Assembly: GCA_017958185.1 (NCBI GenBank)
Contig: JAGDDE010000029.1
Coordinates: forward strand, 29,972 to 93,971
Source: Lachnospiraceae bacterium
GTDB taxonomy: Bacteria > Bacillota > Clostridia > Lachnospirales > Lachnospiraceae
Direction of reading: 5' to 3'
Length of the DNA stretch: 64,000 bases
Shown one piece after another: positions 62,740 to 64,000 of this stretch (position 1 is the first letter of the stretch; each line of letters starts with the position of its first letter). A model generated the notes under the pieces. That model saw nothing but the letters and a program-made list of their open reading frames with translations. It ran no database searches and was not told the origin of the DNA. A program made the translations under genes and the position numbers.

Positions 62740-64000
62740 TCAGGCCAGATGGCCCCGGGCCTTGATCACGTCGATCACACCGTCCACATATTTCTCGCAG
62801 AGTTCCTTCGTCTCGGCTTCCACCATGACGCGGATCACGGGCTCCGTGCCGCTCTCGCGCACCAGGATGCGGCCGGTATCGCCCAGCGCGGCAGACACCT
62901 CGGCCACGGCCTTCTGGACTTCCGGATCGTTCTGCGCGGCGGGTTTGCTCTTCACGCGCACGTTCTTCAGCACCTGAGGATAGAACACCACCGGCGCGGC
63001 CAGTTCGCTGATCGGCTTGCCCTTGGCCAGCATGGCCTCCATCATCTTCAGGCTCGTGAGGATGCCGTCGCCCGTCGTTTCGTACTTCAGGAAGATGATA
63101 TGGCCTGACTGCTCGCCGCCGATGCGGTTGCCCGTCTGGACCATATTCTCATACACGTACTTGTCGCCGACCTTGGTCTTCTCGTATTCGATACCGGCCT
63201 TGTCGAGCGCCTTGTACAGCCCGAAATTGGACATGACCGTGGTCACGACCTTGTTGTTGAGCAGTTTGCCGCGCTCCTTCATGTAGACCGCGTAAATGTA
63301 CATGATATGGTCGCCGGTGATCACGTTGCCGTGTTCGTCCACACAGAGGCAGCGGTCTGCGTCGCCGTCATAGGCGAAGCCGATGTCCAGTCCCTTCTCG
63401 ACCACGAACTGCTGCAGATGCTCGATATGCGTGCTGCCGCATTCAGTGTTGATGTTGTAGCCGTCCGGCGCATCGTTCATGACGTAGGTCTTGGCGCCCA
63501 GCGCGTCAAAGACCGCTTTTGCGATCTGCCAGGCTGCGCCGTTGGCCACGTCCAGACCGACCTTCACGTTCTTGAAGCTGTACTTCGACATGGAGATCAG
63601 GTGGCCGATGTAGCGGTTGCGGCCCGCCACATAGTCGACCGTGCGTCCGATCTGGTCGCGCTCCGCGACCGGGATCTCGCACTTGCCGTCGATGTAATCC
63701 TCGACCAGCAGCAGGGTCTCCTCTTCCATCTTCTCGCCCTGGCCGTTCAGCAGCTTGATGCCGTTGTCAGAGTAGGGGTTGTGCGAGGCGGAGATCATGA
63801 TCCCGCAGTCGAAGTCGTCCACACGGGTGATGTACGCTACGGACGGGGTGGTCGTCACGTGCATGATGTACGCGTCCGCGCCGCTGGCCATAAGGCCCGT
63901 GCAGAGCGCGTATTCGAACATGTACGAGGAACGCCGGGTGTCCTTGCCGATCACGATCTTGGCTTTTTTTCCCTGGCGGGCGCCGAAGTACCAGCCCAGG
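62740..64000 (-). CDS. glmM: Phosphoglucosamine mutase (5' end beyond the window)
   Basis: Active-site loop SASHNPYSDNGIK. The reading frame stays open to the window edge (..LGWYFGARQGKKAKIVIGKDTR..). Confidence 0.9.
   Translation of the reverse strand, partial: LGWYFGARQGKKAKIVIGKDTRRSSYMFEYALCTGLMASGADAYIMHVTTTPSVAYITRVDDFDCGIMISASHNPYSDNGIKLLNGQGEKMEEETLLLVEDYIDGKCEIPVAERDQIGRTVDYVAGRNRYIGHLISMSKYSFKNVKVGLDVANGAAWQIAKAVFDALGAKTYVMNDAPDGYNINTECGSTHIEHLQQFVVEKGLDIGFAYDGDADRCLCVDEHGNVITGDHIMYIYAVYMKERGKLLNNKVVTTVMSNFGLYKALDKAGIEYEKTKVGDKYVYENMVQTGNRIGGEQSGHIIFLKYETTGDGILTSLKMMEAMLAKGKPISELAAPVVFYPQVLKNVRVKSKPAAQNDPEVQKAVAEVSAALGDTGRILVRESGTEPVIRVMVEAETKELCEKYVDGVIDVIKARGHLA

Overview
The window looks like a GC-rich Firmicutes/Clostridia-type chromosomal segment. 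The support is GGAGG-type RBSs, lipobox lipoproteins, a Re-citrate-synthase-type TCA branch and the overall gene content. It has about 60 protein genes, and I judged GC content by eye only.

The backbone, in order:
- a truncated S1-domain gene;
- a split Opp/Dpp-type peptide ABC transporter (557-6965) interrupted by an MBL hydrolase and a flavoprotein;
- envelope proteins: a beta-helix lipoprotein, a DD-carboxypeptidase and a GIN/DUF2807-like protein;
- an ECF sigma/anti-sigma pair and MscS;
- one tight minus-strand array, rarA -> 1185-aa protein -> Hsp70-fold ATPase -> TPR-like protein -> ispF-ispE-ispD;
- trkA-trkH;
- a MarR regulator with an RGG/Cys-repeat tail behind a duplicated promoter-operator;
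- an acyl-ACP thioesterase, an orphan rhaA and two overlapping RNHCP zinc-ribbon genes;
- a tRNA-Arg(CCT) locus (one odd tRNA plus a disrupted copy), followed by a decayed mobile-element island at 34.76-40.06 kb with parA/parB fragments and two AAA+ ATPases;
- a YdcF-like gene and an exported DUF362 protein with a permease;
- a TetR-headed eight-gene membrane/redox array (43.35-49.43 kb);
- larE and a Re-citrate synthase-GntR-IDH-aconitase operon;
- an amidohydrolase, a DAG-kinase-like kinase, VanZ, PadR-DUF2812, a PNPOx-like protein and glmM (truncated at the window edge).

Visibly lower-GC insertions lie at 11.13-14.1 kb, about 26.3-26.55 kb, 34.8-40.0 kb and 49.6-50.7 kb. I found no CRISPR array, no rRNA, and no intact integrase or transposase.

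Best candidates for something undescribed:
1. the giant-protein / Hsp70-fold / TPR trio;
2. the TetR-headed array, which contains a possible bilin-reductase-like protein;
3. the MarR-IDR fusion with tandem operator-bearing promoters;
4. a roughly 500-nt hairpin-dense noncoding stretch next to the tRNA.

Two apparent -1 frameshifts sit in poly-A runs, so assembly errors are possible. All family assignments come from motifs read in the translations and from memory. No searches were run.
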